DNA of 64,000 nucleotides from Corallochytrium limacisporum Hawaii (taxonomy: Eukaryota > Protista > Pluriformea). The stretch covers positions 5,693-69,692 of the forward strand of contig PDIP01000112.1 of NCBI GenBank assembly GCA_002811645.1. Reading direction: 5' to 3'. The notes below the pieces were generated by a model. That model was not told the DNA's origin and ran no database searches. It was given only the letters and a program-made list of their open reading frames with translations. The position numbers were made by a program, and so were the translations under genes. Shown in pieces: positions 23,153 to 34,772 of this stretch (the first letter of the stretch is position 1; every line of letters begins with the position of its first letter).

Positions 23153-23280
23153 AGTCGGCAAACGAAGAAAAAGGCTCAGGCAAACAGATGAGTTGTCTAT
23201 GAATTCAAAAGACGTTCTTTGCCCATCTGGCCGTCATGGTTGAGAAGATATATATCTCATTCTTCTCGGTGTTGCCGACT
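23153..23280 (-). promoter_or_regulatory. SECIS element (type II-like) in the 3' UTR of the selenophosphate synthetase gene
   Basis: Minus strand: AUGAC (23237-23233) GGC CAGAUGGG C AAA GAAC GUCU..AGAC AA CUCAUCUG UUU GCC UGAG (23178-23175). This gives a GA/AG quartet, an ~11-bp helix II, unpaired AAA and an apical mini-helix. Basal pairing AGUCGGCAA/UUGCCGACU. About 250 nt after the stop codon. Confidence 0.82.
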
Positions 23281-23484
23281 GAAAATGAAACACATCACAC
23301 GAGTACACTTCTCTGCAATTAGTCGGTTCCGCATAGAGAAGAGGCTTGGAGGTTTGAAGAGCGTATGATGTTTCTTCTGTGCGTTCCATTCTCCGTATTC
23401 CTGCAGTCTGTTCAGGTCTGTAGGGCCCAAAGAACTGGCTCAGATCAATCGATTTCCATTGAGAGGTTGTGATATCCACCTTCA

Positions 23485-24675
23485 CTACCGTGACGTATCG
23501 TAGTCCGCCTTAGTGACCTCGATGATCTTGTAGTCCGGCGCAATTTCCGCGTAGTGTTCGCTTGCGGTGCCATCTGGCGCCTCGGTCACGTCTCCGATGA
23601 TCCAAGCCGGACATCCTTCGAGCTCCATCAAACGTTGGCAAAACGATTCTGCCTTGTCTGCGCTTACACCGATCAACAGACCACCGGAAGTCTCTGCTGA
23701 GTACCCTTCAAGAAGCATAAAATCATATCCGGCTTTGACCTTGGTCATGCCGGCAATTATGGGAAGTGTGTGGATGCTGAACTTGAGCGGTTTGGCATGC
23801 TTCTGTGCCAGCGCAAGGTTTGTGGCGTGACCCAAAGGACCAAAACCAGTTATGTCGGTTGCACCGTGGGCATCGAATTCGTGCATCACTCGCGCAGCCC
23901 CACGATTCAAACGTGCCATTGCATGACAGGCAATAGAGTATGCCTCATAGATCGCTTCCTCCGTCAGCCCGGCATCCATGATGGCTTTTAGAAGTGTCGG
24001 GGAGGTATCCAGCCATTGATGAGCATTCACGGCTGGCTGGGTACCCAAAGGCTTCGTCAAGATCAGTTTATCCCCTGGACGAATGTTATACGGCATGATA
24101 TATTCGTCTTTGTGACAGATCGATGAGGCCACACCTCCGACAATCACCCACGGGTTCAGGACAGTCTGTCCGCCTGCCACGGGGCTTCCTGCTGCTGTTG
24201 CGGTATCGGCAAAGCCTTGTATCAATTTCGAAGTAGTTATAGACTTCTCTACCGCAGTCATATCCCGGCTGGCACCCAAAAGCATGAGCATATTGTCGAC
24301 CTTGTCAACTCCCATGGCGTACACATCACTGAGGACATTGGCGCATGCGATCTTACCTTGTAGGTAGGGATCTTCCACCAATGGATAGAAGAAATCAGTA
24401 CTTTGCACAAGGTCTATGCCCCTATGTCGTGTCGGGATGACACAACTATCGAGGCCGACACCGATGCCACCAACCACAGACTGGCCTGCTTCCCCCAAAT
24501 TCTTTAACAATTCTTTAAGCTCTTCATGCGGAACCTTGCAACCTCATCCCTTCAATTTCGTGAATTTCGTTAACCGAAACTTTGGTTCCAACCCATCACT
24601 TTCCGGAAAGTAACGATCCGGAAAGAATGCTGAATGTTGGCGCTTTGGTGCAGAATCTGTGTCCTGCGTTGCCAT
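23485..24675 (-). CDS. SEPHS2: Selenophosphate synthetase 2, selenoprotein (396 aa; Sec44 encoded by UGA at 24546-24544)
   Basis: Reading from ATG 24675 gives MATQDTDSAPKRQHSAFFPDRYFPESDGLEPKFRLTKFTKLKG-UGA-GCKVPHEELKELL, in frame with the 341-aa ORF. SelD motifs TDFFYP, ANVLSDVYAMG, GGQT, TKPLGT, ATDITGFG and ETSGGLL. Downstream SECIS; ends TAG TGA. Confidence 0.95.
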
Positions 24676-25078
24676 TGTGTTATTTGGAAGAACGCAGGTA
24701 CTCTATGCCCTGCACTAAGTCACTCCACCTGAATATTGGAACATGGCTAGCCATTCGTAGTTCACTGCTGAAAACGAGATTTTAAATAAGATAACGGCAC
24801 CGTGGAATCGAAAACGTTTTATTTTTGCCCTATAGTGCTCTCCTCCCGGGAGGGGGAATTTTGGTCAGCTGGGTTCACTGATAGGCCACGGCGGGTCTCA
24901 ACCGCACGCGCCCCATCAGCCCTCCCCCGGGGCGTTGTTGGACCAGGGAAGCGCGGGGCGGTCAGCACATTGTTCAATTTGTCCTCCCCGCACTTTCGTT
25001 TCCCCATCGCATTCCAGCGGTCCCTACCGGTACGGTCCGGGTCCCGTCGAGGTCTCTTGTGACGAACAGTTGGAACCA

Positions 25079-25738
25079 TCAGTTGTCACTGCTATCCTGG
25101 GGGCCGTGGTTCTCATCTTCCTTTGCCAGAGTGTCCCAGAAATCGTCACCGTTGTCTTCGCCGAGTCCGTTAGCCTCAAAGTGCAGGTCGGCATCCACGT
25201 CGTCCCACACGGCGTCGGATTCGGCGGTGAATTCCGTCTCTGGTTCACCGCCCGCGAAGACGGACTCCTTGGGAGATTCAGTTTCTTTGGTGGTTTTGCT
25301 CTTGACCGGGGCCAAGGCATCGTCAAAGGCAACGGGGTCCGGCTCAGGCACGTACTCTGCATCGGTCTTGAAATCTACTCCCTCAGGAAAATACTTCTTT
25401 CTGCGCTCAGCATTGGCCTTTGCAAGCCTTTCCTTGAACCGATTGGTACGCTTCTTCGGCTTAGCGGTTTCTACACTTTGTGAGCTTTTAATGTCAACCT
25501 TGGTCTGATGTTTTTGCTTAGGTTCCAGAGGCTTCAGTGTTTTCGACCGAGCGGGCTGATCGACAGGTCCAACGGACTTTCCCGGGGCCTTCTGGGTCTT
25601 GGCAGTGTTTCCAATGTCGCCGAGGGCACGCCGAGTCTTGCTCTTTTGTGATTCCGCCCCGAAAGTCTTTGCATTGCCTGTATTGGGTCCTGCAATGTTT
25701 TCAGTCAGATTTTCATTCCTTACCGACAGCCCGGCCAT
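25079..25738 (-). CDS. Disordered 219-aa D-box protein, putative securin
   Basis: ATG at 25738; KEN-like RNEN; D-box RRALGDIGN; basic N-half and acidic C-half; DAEYVPEP motif. The CDS is more certain than the securin call. Confidence 0.6.
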   Translation of the reverse strand: MAGLSVRNENLTENIAGPNTGNAKTFGAESQKSKTRRALGDIGNTAKTQKAPGKSVGPVDQPARSKTLKPLEPKQKHQTKVDIKSSQSVETAKPKKRTNRFKERLAKANAERRKKYFPEGVDFKTDAEYVPEPDPVAFDDALAPVKSKTTKETESPKESVFAGGEPETEFTAESDAVWDDVDADLHFEANGLGEDNGDDFWDTLAKEDENHGPQDSSDN

Positions 25739-26830
25739 AGTTAATCTTTTCGCTCTATATCTCCCTTGATTCTTGGACTTTCCTGTGTTCACTCTTAGCT
25801 ATGTTGTCGCGCTACGCTTTCTCGAGTTATGAATGATGTGAAATTCCTGAATGTTGTGAGCGTCAGTTTCCATTATACCTTGCGAGATGTGTTGCAATGT
25901 GGGTCCGGAAACTAATTTGAGGGGGACTCCAGGAATTCAACACTGTCCGAGCCAGCGGACGAAAGACCAAAGATAGCTGCCGACAGCGGCCCCTGGCCCG
26001 TCACAGAGGTGAATACTCTCACCCCAAGTCGCCCAAAAAAAAAATTCGAACCGCTCCCGCGCAGAATCTTGACCATATATATCCTATAGTTAAGCTCCCC
26101 ACCCCATCACCACCTTGAGCGCTCCCGTTGGCCACATATAGCCATGAAAATGGGCGTTACGACTCCCTCCTCAAACCAAAAGCAAACCCATTAATTATCC
26201 GGAGGCTTCTAATTTAATGCTTTTTTGAGTGTTGGTGTACCACGGTACTCTTTCTATCGGCAAGGGAACACCCTGCGCCCCCAAGGGGGAGTGTATGGAA
26301 TGGGACAGGAGGCGATGGAGATAACCGTCCCCCGTCTCGGGCGATGCATCCGCCATGGTGACGATCTGAATGATTGGCTTCTTTAATTCCCATACGCGTT
26401 ACGCATCGGAAGTAGAAGGATCATAGATACCATGCACTCACAGCCGACATGGTCATTGAACTTGAAGGTGCACTGTTTAGCAGGAGGAGAGCTGGAAATG
26501 TCAGACTCGGAACAGGTCGACAACGCAGCCGCACGCTTCAAGGAACGCAGTTTCTTGAGCAGGAGATGGTTGGCGTAGCTCATGTTGGGTTCGAGCTGCA
26601 AAATTTCAAGGTTCTGGCCCAGATTGGGCCCCTTACTGGGAGTAGATCCCGTTGGTATACTCTGTGTGGCGGTGACCGTCCACCACCAGTGCAGATTCGT
26701 CCGAACACGGCTTCCCATAACTGATAACCTAACTTTGTATCATTAATTCAGGTACCATCATTGAAATCACGGGAATACCACTGGCCACCAACGCACCTGT
26801 CTCCCCAAACACACACACACACACACACTG

Positions 26831-27401
26831 CTCTCTCTCTCTCTTTCTCTCATTCCTCTCTACTCTCTCTCTCTCTTTCTCTCATTCCTCTCTACTCTCT
26901 CTCTCTCGTTCTCTCATTCCTCTCTACTCTCTCTCTCTCTTTCTCTCATTCCTCTCTACTCTCTCTCTCTCTTTCTCTCATTCCTCTCTACTCTCTCTCT
27001 CTCTTTCTCTCATTCCTCTCTACTCTCTCTCTCTCTTTCTCTCATTCCTCTCTACTCTCTCTCTCTCTTTCTCTCATTCCTCTCTACTCTCTCTCTCTCT
27101 TTCTCTCATTCCTCTCTACTCTCTCTCTCTCTTTCTCTCATTCCTCTCTACTCNNNNNNNNNNNNNNNNNNNNNNNNNNNNNNNNNNNNNNNNNNNNNNN
27201 NNNNNNNNNNNNNNNNNNNNNNNNNNNNNNNNNNNNNNNNNNNNNNNNNNNNNNNNNNNNNNNNNNNNNNNNNNNNNNNNNNNNNNNNNNNNNNNNNNNN
27301 NNNNNNNNNNNNNNNNNNNNNNNNNNNNNNNNNNNNNNNNNNNNNNNNNNNNNNTCTCTCTCTCTTTCTCTCATTCCTCTCTACTCTCTCTCTCTCTCTC
27401 T
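26831..27401. repeat. CT-rich minisatellite (~30-bp unit CTCTCTCTCTCTTTCTCTCATTCCTCTCTA), interrupted by an assembly gap
   Basis: About 11 units before the gap, continuing after it. Confidence 0.92.
27154..27354. other. Assembly gap (N run)
   Basis: N bases. Confidence 1.
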
Positions 27402-30400
27402 CGTCCATTACTCGCCTTGTCTTGGCTCTTGTTCCGTACTAAAGATTTTAGTTACACCCGCTCCCGCTGTGTGTGTGCACCGGCTTCCGTTTTGTCGCAC
27501 TAAAATAGAACTCGTTAAACAAACAAACCGGTGCGAGAGTTGGGGCCCACTTCCCAAGCGATTTGGCTGGTTGATTGGAACCTTTTCTATCCCTCTCTTC
27601 TTCAAAAAATGAAATCTAACTCTTCCCTTCTCTCTTTTCTGAATGTTCCTTTCTCTATTTTAATCTTCCCTCTCCGCGCCCGACTTCTCTCGGTCGCTAC
27701 CCGCAGGCAAAATATCTCTTTTTCTTTCTTTATCGACCCCTCCCCCTAAATCCGAAGAGAATCAAAACCAGAAACTCTCCGCACCTGAACTTCTTGTGAG
27801 ATCGGTTTCAGCAGAAACCGTTGGGTATCTTCAACACACCTGGAAATTCGCCAATGTTACACACACCCCACTGATGAGGTAGTCAAATCGATGACAGCAG
27901 TGCAACGAATGTTCGTCAAACCCGTCGTGATCATCGGCCCAAGCGAGGCGAGTGGTAACTTCCTCCTTGGTTCACACAGCATCCCGTACCTGCGTAATCT
28001 GGAAAGGCTTCCCCACCGATGCGATTCATCACGGGGCAGAGGGGCCACAATCACACCATGCTCGAACCGCAGCCATCCATCACATATCTGGCATGGCCAG
28101 CCATGCTTTGCCGTATGTTCGATTGCAGTACAAATTCCCGGCGCGTATTGCGAACGTTGGTGTTTTCAGAGGATAACCAACCAAAAAAAAAAACCCCGCT
28201 CGATGAGGGTTTTCCAGGACGCTTGCTGCTGACGTGCTTGTGCGTTGCACGACATGTGACTTTGCTTCAGCACGAAATAAACAAAGGAGCGGTTGGACAC
28301 CAAAAGGAGCGGACGACCCGGTATTCGAGAGAGAACTAACAAAAGACACACACGCAGGAGACCGGTACTTCTATACCAGACGCCGACGAAGAGAATAAAG
28401 GGAAATTAAAGTAATGGAACTTCTTTTTGAGACTGATGTGTTGTGGGGAGTGGCCTTAATAGAGTTTGTACTACAAAACAATCATGCTTTGGACATTTCG
28501 CGGCCGTGTGTCCTGTCGAAAGCTTTTATTATTGGTCCTTTTTCTTTTTCCTTCGCTTCAGTTTTTCTCTATTACCGGTTCTCCCTTTGTTTCTTCGTTG
28601 TCCAAGTCCTTTCCATCGATGCATCCCTCCACTCTCTCTCTCTCCCTCTCTGCCACTCTGTGGGTGGCAGGTGTCTCTGTATCCCCTTGTTGCACTGTGT
28701 GTTCCACGTCCCCCCGGTCATTTGTTTGCTATTTGTTTCAGCTGCCCCTGGATACGGATAAGCGCCTCCCATGTCAACACCCTCCTCTCCCCCCCCTCCC
28801 TCTTTTCTTTCGTTCGCGGTCGTATGCAATGTGTGTCGCTTGCGCGTTTGTTCGACCTTAATTTTTCCTTTGTGTGTGTGTGCCGGAGGGAGGGGGTCTT
28901 GGTCATTGCTATCTCGCGCCCGACTATTTCTCCTGATGTCTTCCACCACCACCAACGGCACTCTCTTGTTCTGGAAAATTCACCTATGGTCAACAGCCGG
29001 GATGGTATGCAGAACGTTTATTATATGAAATGTTCGTTTCCCGGAACCAGGACATGTCTAATCCGCCTGCTAGACCCCGGCGTTTGAGGAAGGTCCGCGT
29101 GGTAAAAGTACGTCTCCCTGTGCTCAGTACTTTCAGTACCGACATATCCCCGCTCCCGCAGTTTGCCAAGACCGCCGCCGCCCCCTCCCCTTCCCTTTCT
29201 TTTGCTCGGGTTGGGGAGGGGGGGAGAGGAAGTGGAGGCGAGCCAAGCGCGGGGACGCTTGGCGCTGTAGAACCCTCGCTCAAATTCGCCCGAGCTTGCC
29301 GGTATGGCACCATCTCTCAGAGCCCTTCCTTCGGTTTCTTTTTTTTTTCGTTTCATTTTTGCTGGAGGGCGGGTATACATTATATATTGAATGTGGTCAC
29401 TGAGTGATTCTGCAGCTGGTTTCTGGAACAAAAAAAATAACCCAGCGCTCTCGTTTCCCCTCTTCCTTCCCCTTAACTCCACTTCAACTGGCCCACGTCG
29501 TCTGCTGCTACTGCCGTCCTCGGTGGGGGAACCCAGGACAACGAGAAGGACGCACAAAGGGGCCCCCGTAGGGGGGGGGGTAAAAGACTTCTCCCGCTTC
29601 TTCCAGTACTAAACATACTGCGCCACCACCATTCACTGAGGGAGGCAAGGTAGCGCAGGCAGCGAGTGTTTGGATCATTTTTCCTTTTCCCTTCAGGGAT
29701 TCAAGAAGGAATTTTTTTTTCCTCTTTCTTTTTGTTTCCATTTCCTTCGCCTCTCGTTATTTGAGTGGGGGGGGGTTTCAGCTACCGGTGTTTCTGTTTT
29801 TTTCTTCCTTTATACTTCCGTCGAATTTTTGGCAACGACTGGTCTCGAGACCTCCCATGTCAAATAAGGAAAGAAAAATGAAATTTCCGCAAGTGTTCAA
29901 CGGTATTAATATATCCTGTGTATTCAGTATACGGAATTGATTATGGCCATGCAGAGATACCATTCCGTGCCGCCGTATAATTACACCGGTTTATTGGAAA
30001 AGTGGTGGCGGATTACAGGCAGAGAGAGGTAAAAGGGTGGGGGGAGCCATTCACTTTACACACACTGCCGTGTCATAGATCTCGGAGCCTGTTCACGCCC
30101 ACGCGTCTGCTGTCGATATTTTTTTCCTCTTTTTTTTTCCCTGGGTAGTTTGCCCACCGTCACCCCCGGTCTTGTGCGCCAGTCTCCTAAGTACTGGATG
30201 TATACAACTACAGCCGTCCTTTTGATCGCGGCGCGGCTGCTGAACAACCCTCTCTTCCCTTTTCCCTTCCCGCCCGCCCCGTAACACGAATACGCGTGTC
30301 AACCATAATACCCTCTCGTCTCTCTCTTTCTCTCGTCTCTCTCTTTCTCTTTCGCCGGTTTGGAGAACCCGTCACCAGCCTGACTCACCACCCGACCGTC

Positions 30401-31853
30401 GTCGTCCCCGTTCTTTTCTTTTCTTTTGCCTGCTGCCCCTCCCCCTCTCCACCAACTCTTCCAATTTTGAAGTATTTTTTGTGAGGCCCCCGGAAGGGGC
30501 CACCGCACACACCTCGCGTCACAACTTAACTCACACACACACTCTCTCTTTCTCTCGCTCCCTCACACATTAAAGCGGTCCGCCCTTCTCTCCTCTCTAA
30601 CAATCAAAAATAATGAAACAAAGAAAAAGAGAAAGTGGGACCGAGTATATAAAAAACACACAGCGCTTGTCTCCCCCCACCCCCCCCCCACGAGGGCGGC
30701 CGAAAGATAAAGGAAACTCGGGGATTACGGACCAGTGACGAAAGCAACAACGCAAAACCCAAAAAATTAAAATCAAAAAGAGAATATCAAAAAAGTAATT
30801 TGGGGAGGGAATTGAAATGGTCCTACTCCCCCCCCCTTCCTCCGCCGGCGGAGGGAGGGGCTAAAGCGTGAGGGAGGAAGGGCGATGACGAACGCGGGGT
30901 TTTGTTGTGATGGGAGCGAAAGTGTGTGGATGGGACTTGGGGGTTTCTTATTTTTTTTTTTGGTTTTTGGAAGGTGACGTTTACCTCTCTCCCCCCCCTC
31001 CACTGCCCCTTTCGTCTCTATTTTCTCACTCTTTCTCTTGGCTACCCGAGATTTCCTTTTCTTTTTTTTTTGTTTGGCTCGCTTGGGCAGACTAAGTAAT
31101 TTGCATTGCATGGTCATCATTGGTACCAAACGGTGTCCTATGATGTCAACTTTTTTACACACATTAAGTACTCCCGTGTCCTCCATGAGTATTCGAGAAC
31201 ATGTGGCGACGAGGTGAGACTGTAGCGAGCAGGCGTCGCTTGCTAACCGTATCGATACTCTCCCAACTCGAGATTCACATTCATGCGGCGGAGCACACGT
31301 GCGGTTGATACCCTCTCGCGTCCCTCAGTATATTTTGGCCCGAGAAACTTTGCGTGTAGTGATACCAAGTGATCCGAGAACTCCACTCGACACGCTGCAG
31401 GCAGAGGTGTGACCCCATGAAAACGGAGACGGTGAGAAATTACCTGGGTCCGCCCATGTGTTAAAACACACAAGTGCATTTTATACAGGAAACAACCTTC
31501 TCTTGTCAAGGGAAGGGGAGGGGGAAAAGAAGCAAAGGGGCCCACCAAGAGAAAAAAAATAGAAAAATCCTTCGCCCTTAAAAAAAAAAAAGAGCAAGGG
31601 ACCCCCGCGGGGCGGGGGGGGAAGAGAGAGAGAGAGAGAGAAATGAGGAGGTACCCCTCAACCGCCGAGGGGGTCCGCAGTGACGCTTCGAGACCGTATC
31701 GTGTGGCACACCATACCTAAACAACCAGACTTGTCTGGGGCATGCCGGAGCATTGGGGACAGAAATGATGCAGGGAGAAATGGGGAGAGGAGGCGGTTTC
31801 TGGAAAAAAAAAAAAGAAAAAGCGAAGGAGGGAGAGAGAGAGAGTGTGGAGAG

Positions 31854-31887
31854 GTGAAAGTGAAGTGAAGTGAAGTGCAGTGCAGTG
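31854..31887. repeat. (GTGAA/GTGCA)n pentanucleotide microsatellite
   Basis: gtgaaagtgaagtgaagtgaagtgcagtgcagtg. Confidence 0.75.
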
Positions 31888-32394
31888 AGAGAGGGGGGAG
31901 AGAGAGGGGAAGGGAAGGTACCACACACAAAAAGTGGTATTGGTGTAAGACAAGTTTCTAACAAGACACTCGCGGTTGCACAGGGGGGCAAATTTGCTGC
32001 GCAGTAAAAAGGGATTCTGTTTCGTTTGTGGCACACGGCGAAGGACCGCGGACGACGGGCAAACGCTTTTGCGAGTTCTGAAGGCCTCGGCTGTGTTTGT
32101 TTTGTAAAGTATTACTATCCGTCCCCGGTCAATTCGACACACCGGTTTCACGTTTGAGTTTGTTTGAAAAGCGGGTGCCATTGGTTACAACACGAGTAAT
32201 GATCGAATGCACGGGGTTCTCTGTAAAGGTACGAGAAGGAATCAGTGTTGCTGATGCTTCACTCACGCACCCAAAAAAAAAAAGAAGGACTTTGTAACGA
32301 ACGAGAACAAATAACATAAAGAAATAGCGGCGAATTGGAAATTAGCAGCTGTAATTTTGGGAAAGAGTTTAGCCGGCTGAATCTTTTAAACTGA

Positions 32395-33450
32395 ATGCGC
32401 ATGGTAGTAACAAGGGGAAAGGCCCACAGTGAGGCTTCTTGGAAAACCTCCGGGCAAGACGGCAGAATTGCAAACCTTGTCAAGGAACAAGCATTTCCTG
32501 TTCCGAATGGCGGTATGCACCCGGACGTTCCGGGCCTATATATTTTTGACTATGTCGTGAATGAAGCTGAGGAGAAGGTCATTATTAAGCACTTGGAACA
32601 AGCAAAGGGAACGTCCATGACTTTAGAAGAGTATGTACAGGCAAAGAATCAGCAAGACTCGTCCTTGGGTATTCCCATTGTGCCGGCCTTTGGCGACGGA
32701 CTGAGTGACGAAGAGGGCAAAACCTCGGAACCGGAGTCGTCGCCTCCTCCAATCAAGAAGCGCAAGCTACTGCGTGGCCGCAAGCAGGATGCGGACGAAA
32801 AGGACTGGGAGGCCTCGGAAGTATACCAAAATCCTGCCACCCGAGCGCCTCTGGCCTCTGGACGTTTTATCAAAAACTTTGGCCCAGAGGTCATCAAGCC
32901 ATCCGGCATGAGCTGCAGCCAACTGACCGGCATCTTGCCTGACTTGCCCTCGTACAGCGATGAACTAAATGCTCGCGTTTTGAAGTGTATGAAGTCCGTC
33001 AAGTCCAATGTCAAGCGCAAAGACTACAGCTTCCAGTATCTTCAAGGCAACAAGTACGTCAGTGAGGACGGCCACTGGGTGGACTTTCACGTCGATGAGA
33101 CTGGCAAATTTGGCCCCGCTATTGCGGTCATCTCTCTCGGCCACGACAGCAAGCTGTTCATGCGCCCGAAGGGCAACCCTCGGGAGACTATTACTATAAA
33201 CCTGCCCCGCCGCTCCCTCTACGTAATGACCGGCATCAGTCGCTACTACTGGGAGCACTGCATTCCGACCAACAACATTAAGGGCACCCGCATCAGTGTG
33301 GTACTGCGTTCACTCACACCAGAGAACATTCGCAAGGTGCCCCGTACAATGGAAGACCTCGCGGAGCTGTCAGGCACTGGTAGCTTGAACAGTCCTCAGA
33401 GGGCCTTGACGACATCAAAACCTTCGTGGCGGCAGATTCTAACAACGTAG
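32395..33450 (+). CDS. AlkB-family 2OG-Fe(II) dioxygenase (ALKBH4/7/8-like)
   Basis: N-x-Y (GNKY), HxD (FHVD), IAVISLG, LPRRSLYVMTGISRYYWEH, RISVVLR. Confidence 0.85.
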   Translation: MRMVVTRGKAHSEASWKTSGQDGRIANLVKEQAFPVPNGGMHPDVPGLYIFDYVVNEAEEKVIIKHLEQAKGTSMTLEEYVQAKNQQDSSLGIPIVPAFGDGLSDEEGKTSEPESSPPPIKKRKLLRGRKQDADEKDWEASEVYQNPATRAPLASGRFIKNFGPEVIKPSGMSCSQLTGILPDLPSYSDELNARVLKCMKSVKSNVKRKDYSFQYLQGNKYVSEDGHWVDFHVDETGKFGPAIAVISLGHDSKLFMRPKGNPRETITINLPRRSLYVMTGISRYYWEHCIPTNNIKGTRISVVLRSLTPENIRKVPRTMEDLAELSGTGSLNSPQRALTTSKPSWRQILTT

Positions 33451-33752
33451 ATAGCAATGGTCGTCCGTCTATTGTTGCGATCGTATAAAAACGTCTATTC
33501 TTGCATTACCATTCACGTCCTTACATTTGAGATCTGTGAGACAACCCCCACACTGTTTGTTGTCGGGGCGCCCTTTGCGCACGCCGAAGACATGATATTC
33601 CTGCGCAGTCAGGGGAGTATCCATGGCCACCTTTCTCAACTTTCAAAGACAAGACACAGAACATAATTAAGGTGAAGACTTACTTGTTTTTGATCAACGA
33701 TGTACTGTTGTGTCGCTCTTCTGTTTTTCCGGCCGCCAAGTCACAGGACACC

Positions 33753-34772
33753 TTATGTCTTGTATCCCCGATTGTCACGGTAGACCACTTTTTGACGTCT
33801 CCTACCACTCCGCCCGCTTTGCTCCACAACACGTTGCTCAAGTTCCTGGGGTGTTAGAGTTGTGATTGTTGGCTGCCAGTTTTTGACCTCAGTCTTCTTG
33901 CGGACCACACTCGCCACCAGATTGTGAGTGTTGCGGTTTGGGACCCCTTCGGACCTAGTATTCGTCTTCTGCCTAGGTTCAGAAGAATCGCCCGTCTCAT
34001 CTGGTGCTTTGCTTTTCTGTAAGCTGTCCTGTTCCTGGACATCGTCTGCAGATGACTCAATAACTATGGCCTCCCTGATCCCACGCTCCACATCCTCTCC
34101 ACGCAACAAATTCACTCCATTGAGCAGCTTTGTATGTACGTGGATCTGTTTACGGATGGCATGGGCAATAAGCGTTGGCCAGGTGACTCCTAGGCCGAGT
34201 TCCTTACAGTAGAGTTTAACAAAGGATTCGACATCATTCTCCCCAGCTGTGAGATCCCATTCAAAGCGGTCATGGAGCAACTCATCGCCATTCAGAACAT
34301 CGAGCGTGATCACTACGCGAACATCGTAACCCTCGGGTTGGGAGTAAGGGTGAATGACGTGCTTGTTGCATGCATCGTCTATGGCTTCTCGTATGGAATT
34401 GGTTAGCTGTTCTCCCGTGGCGGTTCGCTTCGGTAGCAACAGGTCCCTTCGCAGCAATTCCGCAAACACTGTCGGGTCTAAACCTTCCTCGTTCTTGTTC
34501 CACAGAAAGACGTCCCGGACAGATCCAAGATCATTCTCGAGTTCCAAATCTACTGTGACCGGCACCAGCTCCACATTGTCACTTCCTCGGTACTTATCAA
34601 TTGGATTGCCATTTTCGTCGACAACGTCATCCGCTAATAAAATAGGTAAATCCACGTTTGGCAATTTCCAAGAATGTTTTACACTCGGGTGGCGATTACC
34701 CCGGCGTTCTGCACACTCAGCAGTGATCAGCATTGGCGGTCTTCTGCCACCAGGTGGCGGACTATATGCCAT
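33753..34772 (-). CDS. SNF5: SNF5/SMARCB1/Sfh1-family chromatin-remodelling subunit
   Basis: Rpt1 (ELVPVTVDLE..VRDVFLWNKNE..FAELLRRDLLLP) and Rpt2 (RVVITLDV..LHDRFEWDL..FVKLYCKELGL..IAHAIRKQI), then LTPQELEQR. Paralog identity is uncertain. Confidence 0.85.
   Translation of the reverse strand: MAYSPPPGGRRPPMLITAECAERRGNRHPSVKHSWKLPNVDLPILLADDVVDENGNPIDKYRGSDNVELVPVTVDLELENDLGSVRDVFLWNKNEEGLDPTVFAELLRRDLLLPKRTATGEQLTNSIREAIDDACNKHVIHPYSQPEGYDVRVVITLDVLNGDELLHDRFEWDLTAGENDVESFVKLYCKELGLGVTWPTLIAHAIRKQIHVHTKLLNGVNLLRGEDVERGIREAIVIESSADDVQEQDSLQKSKAPDETGDSSEPRQKTNTRSEGVPNRNTHNLVASVVRKKTEVKNWQPTITTLTPQELEQRVVEQSGRSGRRRQKVVYRDNRGYKT

Noticed and set aside
24490-24543. Sec redefinition hairpin immediately after the UGA
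   Set aside because: Only weak 3-4-bp pairings by eye; it needs folding and covariation analysis.
26761-27612. 283-aa Ser/Leu-rich ORF and other ORFs spanning N gaps
   Set aside because: Translations of microsatellites and Ns.
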